Shown one piece after another: positions 28,648 through 38,906 of a stretch of DNA of 59,311 nt. Location of the stretch: positions 1 through 59,311 of IMG/VR virus record IMGVR_UViG_3300047457_000862. One strand, 5' to 3'. How positions within the stretch are numbered: position 1 is the first letter of the stretch; the number at the start of each line of letters is the position of its first letter. This DNA comes from a virus. Lineage: Duplodnaviria > Caudoviricetes. The notes beneath the pieces are model-generated. The model ran no database searches. It saw only the letters and a program-made list of their open reading frames with translations, and had not been told where the DNA came from. The position numbers and the translations under genes are program-made.

Positions 28648-30090
28648 ATGAGACCCAACATCAGCACAACCCTCAAACAAACACTGCGGAACGTAGCGCA
28701 CCAATGCAGGCCAGCGCACATCCTGGTTCTCGCCATGGCAGACAAGTATCGCCAATACTCAGCCACATATCGATCCAGGCGCTTGTTCTTTGCCGATCAA
28801 ATGATTGGCGACTACTTCTCATGCCGAGAGCAGGAGGGGCTCATCTCCTACATGCCGCGCGGCAGGGAGCAGAAGCTCACCGCGGACGGCCGATGGGAGA
28901 GAAAAGGCAGGCAGACCATCTCCCCCGTTAAATGGCTGCGCTCCATGTTCTCCGATAGAGCCATCCGACTCCTGAAGCTCACAGAGAAGGACTTCGCATC
29001 GTTCAGTCCGGCATTCCGGGCTCACGAGAACCAGTATCGACTCACGTTCAAGGAGACGAGCTTTGAGGACGCCTACAATCCGAACAACTTCGTTGAGGGA
29101 ATCGGATCATGCATGTGGGATCGCGACGTTGGGCCGTTCTACCGATCACTAGGAGCCAAGGTTCTAGTGGCGGAGAACCCGGAAGGGAAATACCTGGCCA
29201 GGGCGATCCTGTGGGAAACAGTGACATCCGTGCCGCGAATGGGATATTCAAGCGGAGAGATGACCCTGAAAGTCATGGACCGCATCTATTCGTCTGAGCC
29301 GTGGGTCCTGACCGCGATGAAGGAGTGGGCGAGGAACAACGGCTACGCAAGCCTGATATCGCAATCCAACGGAAACGAAGGAAGGCTCAGTCTCCCAGAT
29401 GGAACAGAGCGCATCAGCAGGCTATCTGTGAAGATACCGCACGACACCTCATGCTATGACTTTGTCCCATACATGGACACATTCCGATGGGAGGATTGCG
29501 GTCGCCTATACTCATTCGCTGTCGCGGGATGGACAGCAGAGCTCAACGACACCGATGGCGGAGTAACGCACCAGGAAGAGGATGAGCCGTACGCGCATGA
29601 CGTGGACGGCGAACCGATATGGACTGAAAGCGAAGCGGATGAGGACTACCATTACGTCGATGGCCAATACTACCAGGAAGGCGACGATCGAATCGTGTAT
29701 GTAGAAAGGAACGGTGAGTATGAGCTGTGCGCAAGGTGCGTCTACACAAACGATGACCGATGGGAGCTTAGATCCGAGTGCGTACAGATCGATAGCTTAT
29801 GGTATCACACCGATGACGAGGACATAGTTTACTCAAGCCAACATGTCGACTACTACCTGCTCGAAGACTGCGTCAAACTGAACTACAACTACTACCCGGC
29901 ATGGAGTGAATACTTGTGCCAGGACGCATACGGCGAGAATCAGTTGATCGACAACTGCGTCAAGGTGGACGGAAAATGGTATCTCAGCGACAGCGACGAC
30001 ATCGTTCAGCTTAGCGACGGAACATGGATCATGCGCGAGGACGCAGTAGAGCTATCCGGCATGGCGGCATCGGTGGGAGGAACGGTATGA
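28648..30090 (+). CDS. conserved phage protein with acidic Cys/Tyr/Trp repeat C-terminus
   Basis: ARAILW, VMDRIY and PYMDTF motifs; repeated CV..DG.WY..D units; precedes peptidase. Confidence 0.65.
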   Translation: MRPNISTTLKQTLRNVAHQCRPAHILVLAMADKYRQYSATYRSRRLFFADQMIGDYFSCREQEGLISYMPRGREQKLTADGRWERKGRQTISPVKWLRSMFSDRAIRLLKLTEKDFASFSPAFRAHENQYRLTFKETSFEDAYNPNNFVEGIGSCMWDRDVGPFYRSLGAKVLVAENPEGKYLARAILWETVTSVPRMGYSSGEMTLKVMDRIYSSEPWVLTAMKEWARNNGYASLISQSNGNEGRLSLPDGTERISRLSVKIPHDTSCYDFVPYMDTFRWEDCGRLYSFAVAGWTAELNDTDGGVTHQEEDEPYAHDVDGEPIWTESEADEDYHYVDGQYYQEGDDRIVYVERNGEYELCARCVYTNDDRWELRSECVQIDSLWYHTDDEDIVYSSQHVDYYLLEDCVKLNYNYYPAWSEYLCQDAYGENQLIDNCVKVDGKWYLSDSDDIVQLSDGTWIMREDAVELSGMAASVGGTV

Positions 30091-31205
30091 CACCACTCCT
30101 AAAGTCGATTCTCGAAATCGAGAGCGAATCAGGGATGTGCGACTACATGCAGGCGTTCCTGATCGCGTTCGCCGAGCAAATGCAGTGGGAGTGCCGGATC
30201 GACAAAATCGGCAACATCTACATGCAGCGAGGAAGCGCCGAGACATACCCGTGCGTTGTGGCACACATCGACACCGTCCATAGCGTGCTCCCACCCGGGC
30301 ACGCACTAATGGCCGCAGAGGTGAAGCCAGGAGTCGTCACCGGGTTCGACGCGGCCACAATGGAGCAATCCGGAATCGGCGGCGACGATAAGTGCGGCAT
30401 CTACGCTGCACTTCGGGCAATGATCGCAACTCCGGCTTGCAAGGCCGCGTTCTTCGTGGACGAGGAGGTCGGATGCATTGGATCGGGTCGCGCAGATATC
30501 GGATTCTTCTCCAACTGCCGATTTATCCTTCAGGCCGACAGGCGAGGCGGATCGGACTGGGTGCGTGACATCCAAGGTCCGCTCGGCTCGGATGAGTTCC
30601 AGGCAGCCGTCGCGCCATACCTCAAGGCTTATGGATATTCGCCTACAAGCGGAGCGATGAGCGACGTCATGGCACTGCGGGACAACAATGTCGGAGTGTC
30701 ATGCGCGAACATGAGCGCGGGATACCACAACCCCCACCAGTCAAGCGAATGGATCGACATCCAGCAGCTTGAGAACTGCGTGGCGATGATCACCGCGATG
30801 TGCCTCGGACTGCAACAGTCGTTCCCATTCACAATGGAGCAACGACACGAGGCTGCTTACGACATAAAGTGGAACTGGCACGGCGACTGGGGAAACAACA
30901 GCCGATCCTCGACGGACAAAAAGCGCGGCAGGCGTCGCAATGGCTCGCGCAGCTCGAAAGACTCACTGGTGCTGTGTGATCGATGCGAACGAGAGCCAGC
31001 GCAGGAGCTCACCAACGATGGCGAGTATCTGTGCGAATACTGCTCAGCGGCGGAGATGGAGAGCGAAGACTCCGGCATTTGCGATTCATGCCGAGCCACG
31101 GGAGTCCTTCGTTACATCGATCCGTTCGGCAACCTGTGTGACTCATGCCACACCGACGCATCGGAATACCTCGGAATCGACAACGGATGGAGCGGGCAGC
31201 AATGA
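30087..31205 (+). CDS. M20/M28-family zinc peptidase with C-terminal Zn fingers
   Basis: AHIDTVH, GGDDKCG, DEEVG, DRRG, GYHNPH. Confidence 0.85.
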   Translation: MTPLLKSILEIESESGMCDYMQAFLIAFAEQMQWECRIDKIGNIYMQRGSAETYPCVVAHIDTVHSVLPPGHALMAAEVKPGVVTGFDAATMEQSGIGGDDKCGIYAALRAMIATPACKAAFFVDEEVGCIGSGRADIGFFSNCRFILQADRRGGSDWVRDIQGPLGSDEFQAAVAPYLKAYGYSPTSGAMSDVMALRDNNVGVSCANMSAGYHNPHQSSEWIDIQQLENCVAMITAMCLGLQQSFPFTMEQRHEAAYDIKWNWHGDWGNNSRSSTDKKRGRRRNGSRSSKDSLVLCDRCEREPAQELTNDGEYLCEYCSAAEMESEDSGICDSCRATGVLRYIDPFGNLCDSCHTDASEYLGIDNGWSGQQ

Positions 31206-31403
31206 GCAAAAAGCTCAAGACCATCCTTGAGGTCGCAGCGGAAGTGTTCGGAGCGGTGGTAGCACTACTTCCGATCATCCGGCTGTTCCGGAGGAAGAAA
31301 TGATCGCACACCTACTGCACATGCCGCACCTGCACATCCACGAGCAACTCGTGATCGCCGCAATCGTAATCGTGATCAGCGCACTCGCACTGAGGAGCAC
31401 GCG

Positions 31404-31823
31404 ATGAACGTGGAGCTACTAATCCGACAGGGATCGGATGCAAAAACATGGCGTCACGTCGGACGCGGAGCCGAAGATCTGGGGATCCGCGTGAAAGCAA
31501 CGCACCTATGGTTCGAGGGTCCGGATGATCTTCACATACACCTGAAAGGTTTCGACGGTCCACTGCAACCGCTCTACTCGGGCTACTGCGGGGACTACAT
31601 CATCCCTGACCCAAGCGGTCCAGGATTCGTTCGATGCCACAGCATCATGATCAAGAATCCCAATAGGCGCTGCGCTCCGATACCGGACGCAACGCAGGCA
31701 TATATGAAGCGGCTCGCGCACGCATGGGATGCCCTTGGATGTCTGCTGAGCAGAATGCCAGCAGCGGAAAAGCGGCGTCTCAATGCGTTCATTGCGAACC
31801 TCGAAAGGAAGCCACAGGCATGA
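31404..31823 (+). CDS. hypothetical protein
   Basis: 139 aa coupled ORF. Confidence 0.5.
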   Translation: MNVELLIRQGSDAKTWRHVGRGAEDLGIRVKATHLWFEGPDDLHIHLKGFDGPLQPLYSGYCGDYIIPDPSGPGFVRCHSIMIKNPNRRCAPIPDATQAYMKRLAHAWDALGCLLSRMPAAEKRRLNAFIANLERKPQA

Positions 31824-32293
31824 GCAGGCGCACATCCAAGTCGCAAAAGAGGACTGGCTTCATCAACGGGAGGCTCATCGGGCGCAACCCGAGCACGCTC
31901 ACCCCGGAGGCATACGACCTATCGGAATGTGAGACATACAAGACTCTCACGGAAGCGATCACTGACCTGACACTTCGGGTCCAGCAGACACCAGCCATCG
32001 CGCCATACTTGCAGACATTGTTCTGCGAGATGGACGCGGATGGCTCCATAACCAACTACACGCCCGTACGCTCCGGCGCGGTGGTTCAATCAATACTGAG
32101 CGCACAAAACACCCATGAGTAAAAGAAAGCGAAAGCCCAAAACTATCATCGTGATTCCACAGCGAACCGAAGAAATCACTCCCGGCGATGTCATTCACGC
32201 AGCCAATCAGATCGGCCGAGCAATCGGCGCGGTCAGGGATGCGATTGAGGCCGCGAAGCCCATCGTCAAGCACGTGATGAAACGGAGGACGAA

Positions 32294-33784
32294 ATGAACC
32301 ATCTCGACACATTCAAGTCGGCGCGTCTAGCAGGCTGCCCGATCGTGGTCATTCGGACGCCGGACTACTCCGCCACCATCAGAGAGATCGCAAAGGCAAA
32401 CGAGAAGTTCCCGATCCTCAAATGGGACGTGTGCAGGGGCGCACTCGGGATCAATGGCCCGGGGGAGCGGGCATCCGATGACATCAATGGCGGAGTCGAT
32501 CCGGCAATCACGACGGGCAATCCGGTTGAAGCGCTTCAGCTCGCGCTCGCAAAAGCCCCGGCAGGGACCATCCTGTTCATGGTGAACGCTGGAATGTTTC
32601 TCGAAGTTCCGGACAGCTCGAAGATCCCGTTCATTCAGGGCATCAGCAACGTCAGGGACGCGTTCAAGTCGTCGCAGCGCACGTTGGTCCTTATCGGGCC
32701 GGACGCGAAGCTGCCGCCCGAGCTGTCGAATGACTCGATCACGATCGATGTCGCGCTCCCAACCCCCGAGAAGCTCGCGGAAATCTCGACCGGGATCCAC
32801 AAGGCAGGAGAGGTGAAGCCGCCGAGCGAGGAAGACCAGGAGCGAATCGTCGCAGCGGTTCGCGGTCTGTCGTCGTTCTCCGCGGAACAGGTGCTCGCGA
32901 TGGCGCTGACGCAGCAGGGAATGAACATCCCGATGCTGTGGGACCAAAAGCGCGCGATCATCGAACGCGCTGGCGGGCTCAAGGTGAGCAGCAGCAAGGT
33001 GACGTTTGCTTCACTTGGCGGTCTCGACACCATCAAGGGGTTCGCAAAGATGATCCTCGGCGGCCGCAAGGTCCCGAAGCTGGTCGTGCTCATCGACGAG
33101 ATCGAGAAGCAGATGGCTGGACTCGGGGACTCCAACGGGATCAACCAGGACGCATTCGGTCAGTTGCTCGCAGCGATGCAGAACTACAACTGGTCAGGGA
33201 TGCTGCTTCCCGGCTTCCCTGGAACGGGCAAGACGGAGTTCGCCAATGCCCTCGGCAACGAGGCGGGTGGGCTGTTCGTCCAGATGGACCTTGGGGCGAC
33301 AAAGGGTTCGCTCGTTGGTCAGTCCGAGAAGATGATCCGCAACGCCATCCAGATGCTCTACGCGATGGGCGGAGAGGACGTGATGTTCGTAGGCACATGC
33401 AACAGCATGGCGGGACTACGGCCGGAGCTCAAACGACGCTTCGGGCACGGCACGTTCTTCTTCGACCTCCCGAGCGTGGAGGAAGTGGTTCCGATCTGGA
33501 ACATCTACCGCAACCGATTCGAGCTCGGGAACGACGAGACTCCAGACTGCTCCGGATGGACCGGGGCGGAGATCAGGAAGTGTTCACAACTTGCGTGGGA
33601 ATTACGCATCCCACTCAAGAAGGCTGCCGAGTTCATCACTCCGGTAGCAAAAATCATGGGCGACGAAGCAGACAAGCTCCGCGCGTCAGCCCACATGCGA
33701 TACCTGTCAGCGTCGAAGCCTGGCCTCTACCAGCGCCAGACCACGAAGGCGGATATCGCACGCGTAATCAAAGGAGGAAACTAA
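32294..33784 (+). CDS. AAA+ ATPase (Ycf46-like)
   Basis: GFPGTGKT Walker A, LVGQSE, IDEIEK, FFFDLP, GWTGAEI. Confidence 0.9.
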   Translation: MNHLDTFKSARLAGCPIVVIRTPDYSATIREIAKANEKFPILKWDVCRGALGINGPGERASDDINGGVDPAITTGNPVEALQLALAKAPAGTILFMVNAGMFLEVPDSSKIPFIQGISNVRDAFKSSQRTLVLIGPDAKLPPELSNDSITIDVALPTPEKLAEISTGIHKAGEVKPPSEEDQERIVAAVRGLSSFSAEQVLAMALTQQGMNIPMLWDQKRAIIERAGGLKVSSSKVTFASLGGLDTIKGFAKMILGGRKVPKLVVLIDEIEKQMAGLGDSNGINQDAFGQLLAAMQNYNWSGMLLPGFPGTGKTEFANALGNEAGGLFVQMDLGATKGSLVGQSEKMIRNAIQMLYAMGGEDVMFVGTCNSMAGLRPELKRRFGHGTFFFDLPSVEEVVPIWNIYRNRFELGNDETPDCSGWTGAEIRKCSQLAWELRIPLKKAAEFITPVAKIMGDEADKLRASAHMRYLSASKPGLYQRQTTKADIARVIKGGN

Positions 33785-34026
33785 TATGGCAGAACTAGCA
33801 GACCAGGAGTTCATCGATAAGGATGAAATGAGCCAGATGCTCGCGTGGCTCAATGGCAAACCAGCAGTCGAAGTCGCGAGGTACGTCATCGCGCTGGAGA
33901 AGCGCGTGCTTCGACTATCATCAACAGCCAAAGTGGTCGCGTTTATCGCCTCGAACGAGGAGTTCACGACCACAGCACCACTCGACATGATCGAGTCGGT
34001 GTTCGGCAGGAAACTGAAATAACACC

Positions 34027-34392
34027 ATGGCAAACGGTAAGACACATAAAACCGCGTTATCGGACGCGGCGCATAAGAAGACAGTTAAGCAGATCGCAGA
34101 TCGCTGCGGGCTGAACTCCACGCAGCGATTCAGGCTGGAGAACGCGATCAATGGAAAAGGATATTCGCATGACCCGACGATTGCGGAAGTAGTCACGGCG
34201 CTGTACCGCCAAATCGAGAAGCTTGAGAAGGAGAAGGCGAGTCTCGGGGGCAATCTCGACGACTTGCTCTTCTGCATCGAAGACTTCCAGCTTGGAGACT
34301 ACTCGCCGCTGATGGACGAAGTCTTCGATTCCAGATACGCGCTTGAGCAGGCAGGGATCACGCGTCGCCGCACACCAAGAAAGGAAGGATAG
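34027..34392 (+). CDS. hypothetical protein
   Basis: 121 aa, AATAACACC leader. Confidence 0.55.
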   Translation: MANGKTHKTALSDAAHKKTVKQIADRCGLNSTQRFRLENAINGKGYSHDPTIAEVVTALYRQIEKLEKEKASLGGNLDDLLFCIEDFQLGDYSPLMDEVFDSRYALEQAGITRRRTPRKEG

Positions 34393-34396
34393 GGCC

Positions 34397-34711
34397 ATTC
34401 CTTGTTTCACGATGTCTTCGATGGAAACAACTCTCGAAGCGAAAGACCCCGCAACCCTGAAAGCCGCCCTTGAGGAGATGGGATTCGCCGTGCGAGAGAT
34501 CGCAGGGCAGATCAACTTCTCGGGCCGGAACAAGGAGACCGGGATGTATGAGACTGGGAGCTACATTAACGGTGTGCTCACCGCCTCCAAGACACTGAGC
34601 GTGAACTCAGTGAAGAAATCCTACGCCGTACAGGTTGCGGCGCAGGCAGCAAAAAAGATGGGGTTCAAGTTCGGGCAACTCCCGAACGGAACTTACGTCA
34701 CATACCAATAA
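34397..34711 (+). CDS. DUF1257/Ycf35-like protein
   Basis: KDPATLKAALEEMGF...YA...AKKMGF; near the AAA ATPase; start uncertain. Confidence 0.65.
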   Translation: MPCFTMSSMETTLEAKDPATLKAALEEMGFAVREIAGQINFSGRNKETGMYETGSYINGVLTASKTLSVNSVKKSYAVQVAAQAAKKMGFKFGQLPNGTYVTYQ

Positions 34712-34931
34712 CGACCATGCCAAAGCACAAACAAACATGCCCGATCTGCTCTATGCCGATCGCAGAGGACGAGCAGTTGCTCGCCTACTACTTCGCCCCG
34801 AAGGGCTGGTGGGTGATGCACCACCTCAAGAAGTCCGTGAATGAGAATCTCGTCGGCAACGAAGAGAAGCTCGTAGTCGTCGGGTTCAAGAGCACATGCG
34901 CGCTGGCCTACTTCAAGGAGCCACAGCAACA

Positions 34932-35246
34932 ATGAAGTCCGTGACTTCCGGAATGACGATCCAAGAAAAAGTGCATCTGATCGCAGAGATTGCGAGCTAC
35001 GCACTGGATGCGTCATTATACGACGAATCGGGAGACAGGAAGAATGAGATAAGCGAAGCGTACGCAGAATACGACCTTGGCGCAATCGACGCCGTCGGCC
35101 ACATGGCCGCCTGCTGCATCAGCCAGTGGATCACGAAGGACTCCGAACCCACCTCAGACATAATCGAAGCACTGAAGCTCGATAAATACCCGTCTCGCGA
35201 CAAGATTCGCAAGCGGCTCGTCAAATACCTGAAAGGAAAACTATGA
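34932..35246 (+). CDS. hypothetical protein
   Basis: Coupled ORF. Confidence 0.5.
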   Translation: MKSVTSGMTIQEKVHLIAEIASYALDASLYDESGDRKNEISEAYAEYDLGAIDAVGHMAACCISQWITKDSEPTSDIIEALKLDKYPSRDKIRKRLVKYLKGKL

Positions 35247-35491
35247 AAATCGAACAACTCGACAAAGCGCCGAAGGGCACCATCTTCACACACGCCGTCC
35301 TTGAGGACGGCACTGTGAAAACCCAGAGCGGAAAGATCGCCATGCCGATCCATTCCAAGGGAGAAGCCCTGCTGCGGGACCTGATCATCGGGCTCAACGC
35401 AGGAAAGGGAGCGAACACTCGCGCCAATCTGCCGCACGCACACCGGGATACCGGGATGCACGTCCATGGCGGGGAAGGGCATCAGCACTGA
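35243..35491 (+). CDS. DUF2997-like small protein with His-rich tail
   Basis: VLEDGTVK motif; HVHGGEGHQH tail; AAA ATPase context. Confidence 0.5.
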   Translation: MKIEQLDKAPKGTIFTHAVLEDGTVKTQSGKIAMPIHSKGEALLRDLIIGLNAGKGANTRANLPHAHRDTGMHVHGGEGHQH

Positions 35492-35493
35492 TT

Positions 35494-36285
35494 ATGAAAG
35501 CACATATCATCTACGCCCTTGCCGTGATATCACCAATCGCCGCTATTGCGCAGTCCACAAGCGCAATCAGCCAAGCTGCGGCGAAGCACCCGGATCTCAA
35601 AATTGCAGGGAGCCCCATCCATGCAGAATTCATGCGGTTAAAGAGAATAGCCGAAACCTCCAATGACCCGATTATGAATAACCCGAATTGGCCGGTCCTG
35701 CTCGCCGACAAAGCTGCGAAAACGCAAGCATCGGCAAAGCAAAAGCAATCCGCAACTTTGGCCGGGTTCCTGAACATTCCTTGGGGAACTCGCAAACAGG
35801 AAGCCGTTGAGATGATGCTCTCCCGTCCAGGGGTTGAAAAAGAGCCTGCGACAAAACCGACCGTTGAAACCTTCAAGGGCGGTGAGTTCGCGGGGTTCCC
35901 GGCGAAATTCTGGGTACTCGGATTCGACTCCGCGGAGAGATTCCACACGGCCAGAATCAGCATCGACACTCGACCAAGCGAACTCCTGGAGAAATTCGAC
36001 TCTGTTCGCGACCTGATCTCCGAGAAATACGGCAAGCCGGACGCTGACGTAAAAAGATATGCCTACCCGTATGACACGGATGCCAACGGTCACGAACTGA
36101 CGGCAATCAAGCTCGGGAAGGCCACGATATACGCAGCTTGGAAATTCCCAGTTGACGGGAAACCGGGCAACATTGTGACCATCGAAGTCACCGAGTTTCA
36201 GAGCATTATGATCACGTATCAGAATGGCGAGCTGATAAAAGCGGTGGTCTCCGAGAGCAAGGAAACCAAAAAGAAAGACTTATGA
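35494..36285 (+). CDS. secreted/periplasmic protein
   Basis: Signal peptide with AIA cleavage-like site; ISEKYGKP motif. Confidence 0.6.
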   Translation: MKAHIIYALAVISPIAAIAQSTSAISQAAAKHPDLKIAGSPIHAEFMRLKRIAETSNDPIMNNPNWPVLLADKAAKTQASAKQKQSATLAGFLNIPWGTRKQEAVEMMLSRPGVEKEPATKPTVETFKGGEFAGFPAKFWVLGFDSAERFHTARISIDTRPSELLEKFDSVRDLISEKYGKPDADVKRYAYPYDTDANGHELTAIKLGKATIYAAWKFPVDGKPGNIVTIEVTEFQSIMITYQNGELIKAVVSESKETKKKDL

Positions 36286-36626
36286 TCGCAAGCAAACTCA
36301 AGCAAATCACCCCACTAGCGATCGACGACGGGATGGTGTCAATGAAGGACCAGGCACAAATGCTTCTGGATCACATCGGCACCGAGCGAGAATGGTGCTC
36401 GGTCGGGATTAACGATCGCGAAGGGCTCGCAGAGATCGTACTACTCACGCACCCAACCAACGCCACCCTCATCGTCCATTGCGTGAACAACTTCATTCCG
36501 CTACTGGATGCACTGGAGGAACTGGAATCCTACATGGACATGACCGAGCATGAAACTGGGGTCATAATGGAACATGGCATCATGCTGGCCCGCAAATCCA
36601 TCGCCGCCGCCAAGGAAGTCAAATGA
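36282..36626 (+). CDS. hypothetical protein
   Basis: Coupled ORF. Confidence 0.55.
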   Translation: MIASKLKQITPLAIDDGMVSMKDQAQMLLDHIGTEREWCSVGINDREGLAEIVLLTHPTNATLIVHCVNNFIPLLDALEELESYMDMTEHETGVIMEHGIMLARKSIAAAKEVK

Positions 36627-36907
36627 TCGACCGCAAGAAACTAATCGACTGGGCAAGCACACTGCACCCAGAGAGCAGCATCGGCATCGATGATGACGGC
36701 GTCGCGCTTATCGAGATCGACAAGAAAGGCGACGATACAGGCGCATACCTTGAAGTCGGAGGCGTCCCTCGCGTTGGGCCAGAGGACTTCCCCGAGGGCG
36801 ACGACCTGTGTGATAAGTGTATGAAGTCTGACGTTCAGGTGTCGCGCACGGATGAGGCGGGAAATACCATCTGCGCCGAGTGCGACGCATACGGGACCGC
36901 GATATGA
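36623..36907 (+). CDS. small Zn-finger protein
   Basis: CDKC...CAEC. Confidence 0.55.
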   Translation: MIDRKKLIDWASTLHPESSIGIDDDGVALIEIDKKGDDTGAYLEVGGVPRVGPEDFPEGDDLCDKCMKSDVQVSRTDEAGNTICAECDAYGTAI

Positions 36908-37118
36908 GCAAATCATACCTCGACCCAGACTCAGAAGCCGCACGTCAATGGCTACGCAGACTCCTCGGAATGATCGCAGAAGGAGGGCGGTGGGCTATCC
37001 CGCGCTCCGACACGGTGTATGAAATCCTGCATGAGAAAAAGATCATTAAGCGGATGTCGGGACGCGGAGACGCGGACACAGAACGAGTCGCCAAGGCGAT
37101 TGGATGGAGCGTGCAGGT

Positions 37119-37691
37119 ATGATACCGTTCCGAAAAACATTCGAGAACTTCGCCTGCCCACCTGGCGGATACACGAAGATCGAGCTATGCACCATCCGGC
37201 GATACAAGCCTCCAGGTCTTGCCCCTTACCTGCACGGGCGCGTCACCGAGGCATTCCAATGCGATCCAGACTACGAGCTGGAGCCCGGATGCCCGACAGG
37301 ACCAGTGGAGATCGGGGTGTTCGGGTCGATCGACAACGAGAACCCGAGGCTCCTGTTCGTATGCGACACCCCGGAATGCGCGCTGGAAGCCCTCACCATG
37401 CTCGGAATCATCGCCCCGCTGGTCCCACACCATGATGAAAGAAAAACGCTGGCACCGCACGTTACCCTCGCGGAGCGGGTCGATCCGGACACGCACCGCA
37501 TCGTGGCGGCATTCAATAAGCCGAAGCGAGTGAGCCAGGAAAGGTTTTCACTCGCTGTCGCGCTGCTGAGGCAGCTACTATCACCAACTGCTGATGTGAT
37601 CGAGAGACAGGATCTCCCAGATACACTCAGCGACATCCTCCCGAACACCGACGACGCGACATCGATTGCGCCGAAGGATCAACAACACTGA
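37119..37691 (+). CDS. hypothetical protein
   Basis: Coupled ORF. Confidence 0.5.
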   Translation: MIPFRKTFENFACPPGGYTKIELCTIRRYKPPGLAPYLHGRVTEAFQCDPDYELEPGCPTGPVEIGVFGSIDNENPRLLFVCDTPECALEALTMLGIIAPLVPHHDERKTLAPHVTLAERVDPDTHRIVAAFNKPKRVSQERFSLAVALLRQLLSPTADVIERQDLPDTLSDILPNTDDATSIAPKDQQH

Positions 37692-37699
37692 AACAACCT

Positions 37700-38788
37700 A
37701 TGACTAAGTTCCAAGAATACGCACGCAAGAACTACACCCCAGGAAACCCCATCGATGAGATGTGGCACCCCGACATCCAGGCCGAGTGCCAGGTGATGAA
37801 CGAGGAGGAGGCTGCCCGCAAGGAGGCAGAGCGCAAGCAGCGCGAGGAAGAGCGTGAGCGCATCCGCGAAGTGGTCTCCAAGACTGCTGACATCAGCGCG
37901 GAGCTCACGGGCCGCATTGTAGTGAAGGTCTCGTTTGAGGGATCGCACGCGAAGACAAAGCGCCTTACCCCGGCAGAGCGGCGACTGGTCATCACACAGC
38001 CGGACGACGTCAAAGGCGTCATCGGCGCGGAGAAGCCGCTGTTCGATAGCGCGGCGTATGATGAGCTCATGAGCTTCATCAACGACCGCAGGAGCGATTT
38101 CGCCAACTACGGAATCCCGCACATCAACTTCGCGTCATCGCACGTGGTCGATGTGATGCGAATCCCCGAGATCGAGGCGCTGGCGACAAAGACCGAGAAG
38201 GAGCTCGCCGATAAGGTCGATGCGTTCATCGCGGACTGGCCGCGCGCAATCGAGGCCGCCAAGGAGCGCCTTGGACCGCTGTTCAACGCGGCTGACTACA
38301 AGCCCGCGGAGACGCTCCGGAACACGTTCCAGTTCAAATACGACTGGATGGCATTCGGAGTTCCCGATCAGCTCAAGCAGTTCGACATCGCGATCTACGA
38401 GAGGGCTCGGGAGAAAGCCGAGAAGGCATGGAAGCAAATCGAAGCCAATGGCGTGCTGCTCCTGCGCGAGACCATCATGGAACTCGTCGGGAACCTTGCA
38501 GACGCCCTCACACCAAAAGAGGGCGGCGAGAAGAAGCGGTTCTACGCGTCGAACGTCACGAAGATCCAGCAGTTCATCGAGGACTTCAAGAAGCGCAACA
38601 TCTGCAACGACGAGCTGCTCAACCTGGAGGTCGAGAAGCTCAACTCGATCGTCTCCGGCGTGGACGTGAAGGCACTGTCTTCGGACGACACACTTCGCGC
38701 AAGCATCAGGGCGAAAATGGAGACGGCGCGTGAGTCCATCTCCGAACTCGTTATTGACGCGAGCGCACGGAAGATCACGTTCGAATAA
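37700..38788 (+). CDS. DUF3150-like coiled-coil protein
   Basis: AKERLGPLFNAADY..F.F motif; ends ARKITFE; typical companion of these AAA ATPases. Confidence 0.65.
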   Translation: MTKFQEYARKNYTPGNPIDEMWHPDIQAECQVMNEEEAARKEAERKQREEERERIREVVSKTADISAELTGRIVVKVSFEGSHAKTKRLTPAERRLVITQPDDVKGVIGAEKPLFDSAAYDELMSFINDRRSDFANYGIPHINFASSHVVDVMRIPEIEALATKTEKELADKVDAFIADWPRAIEAAKERLGPLFNAADYKPAETLRNTFQFKYDWMAFGVPDQLKQFDIAIYERAREKAEKAWKQIEANGVLLLRETIMELVGNLADALTPKEGGEKKRFYASNVTKIQQFIEDFKKRNICNDELLNLEVEKLNSIVSGVDVKALSSDDTLRASIRAKMETARESISELVIDASARKITFE

Positions 38789-38906
38789 TGAAACGCTTCT
38801 TCAAATGGCTCCGACTGCTGTTCACGAAACGGCCGACCAATCCGCTGCGGGAATACCTGCGCCAATTCAACGACCAGCGGAAGTTCCGCGACAAACGGGA
38901 CGAGAA

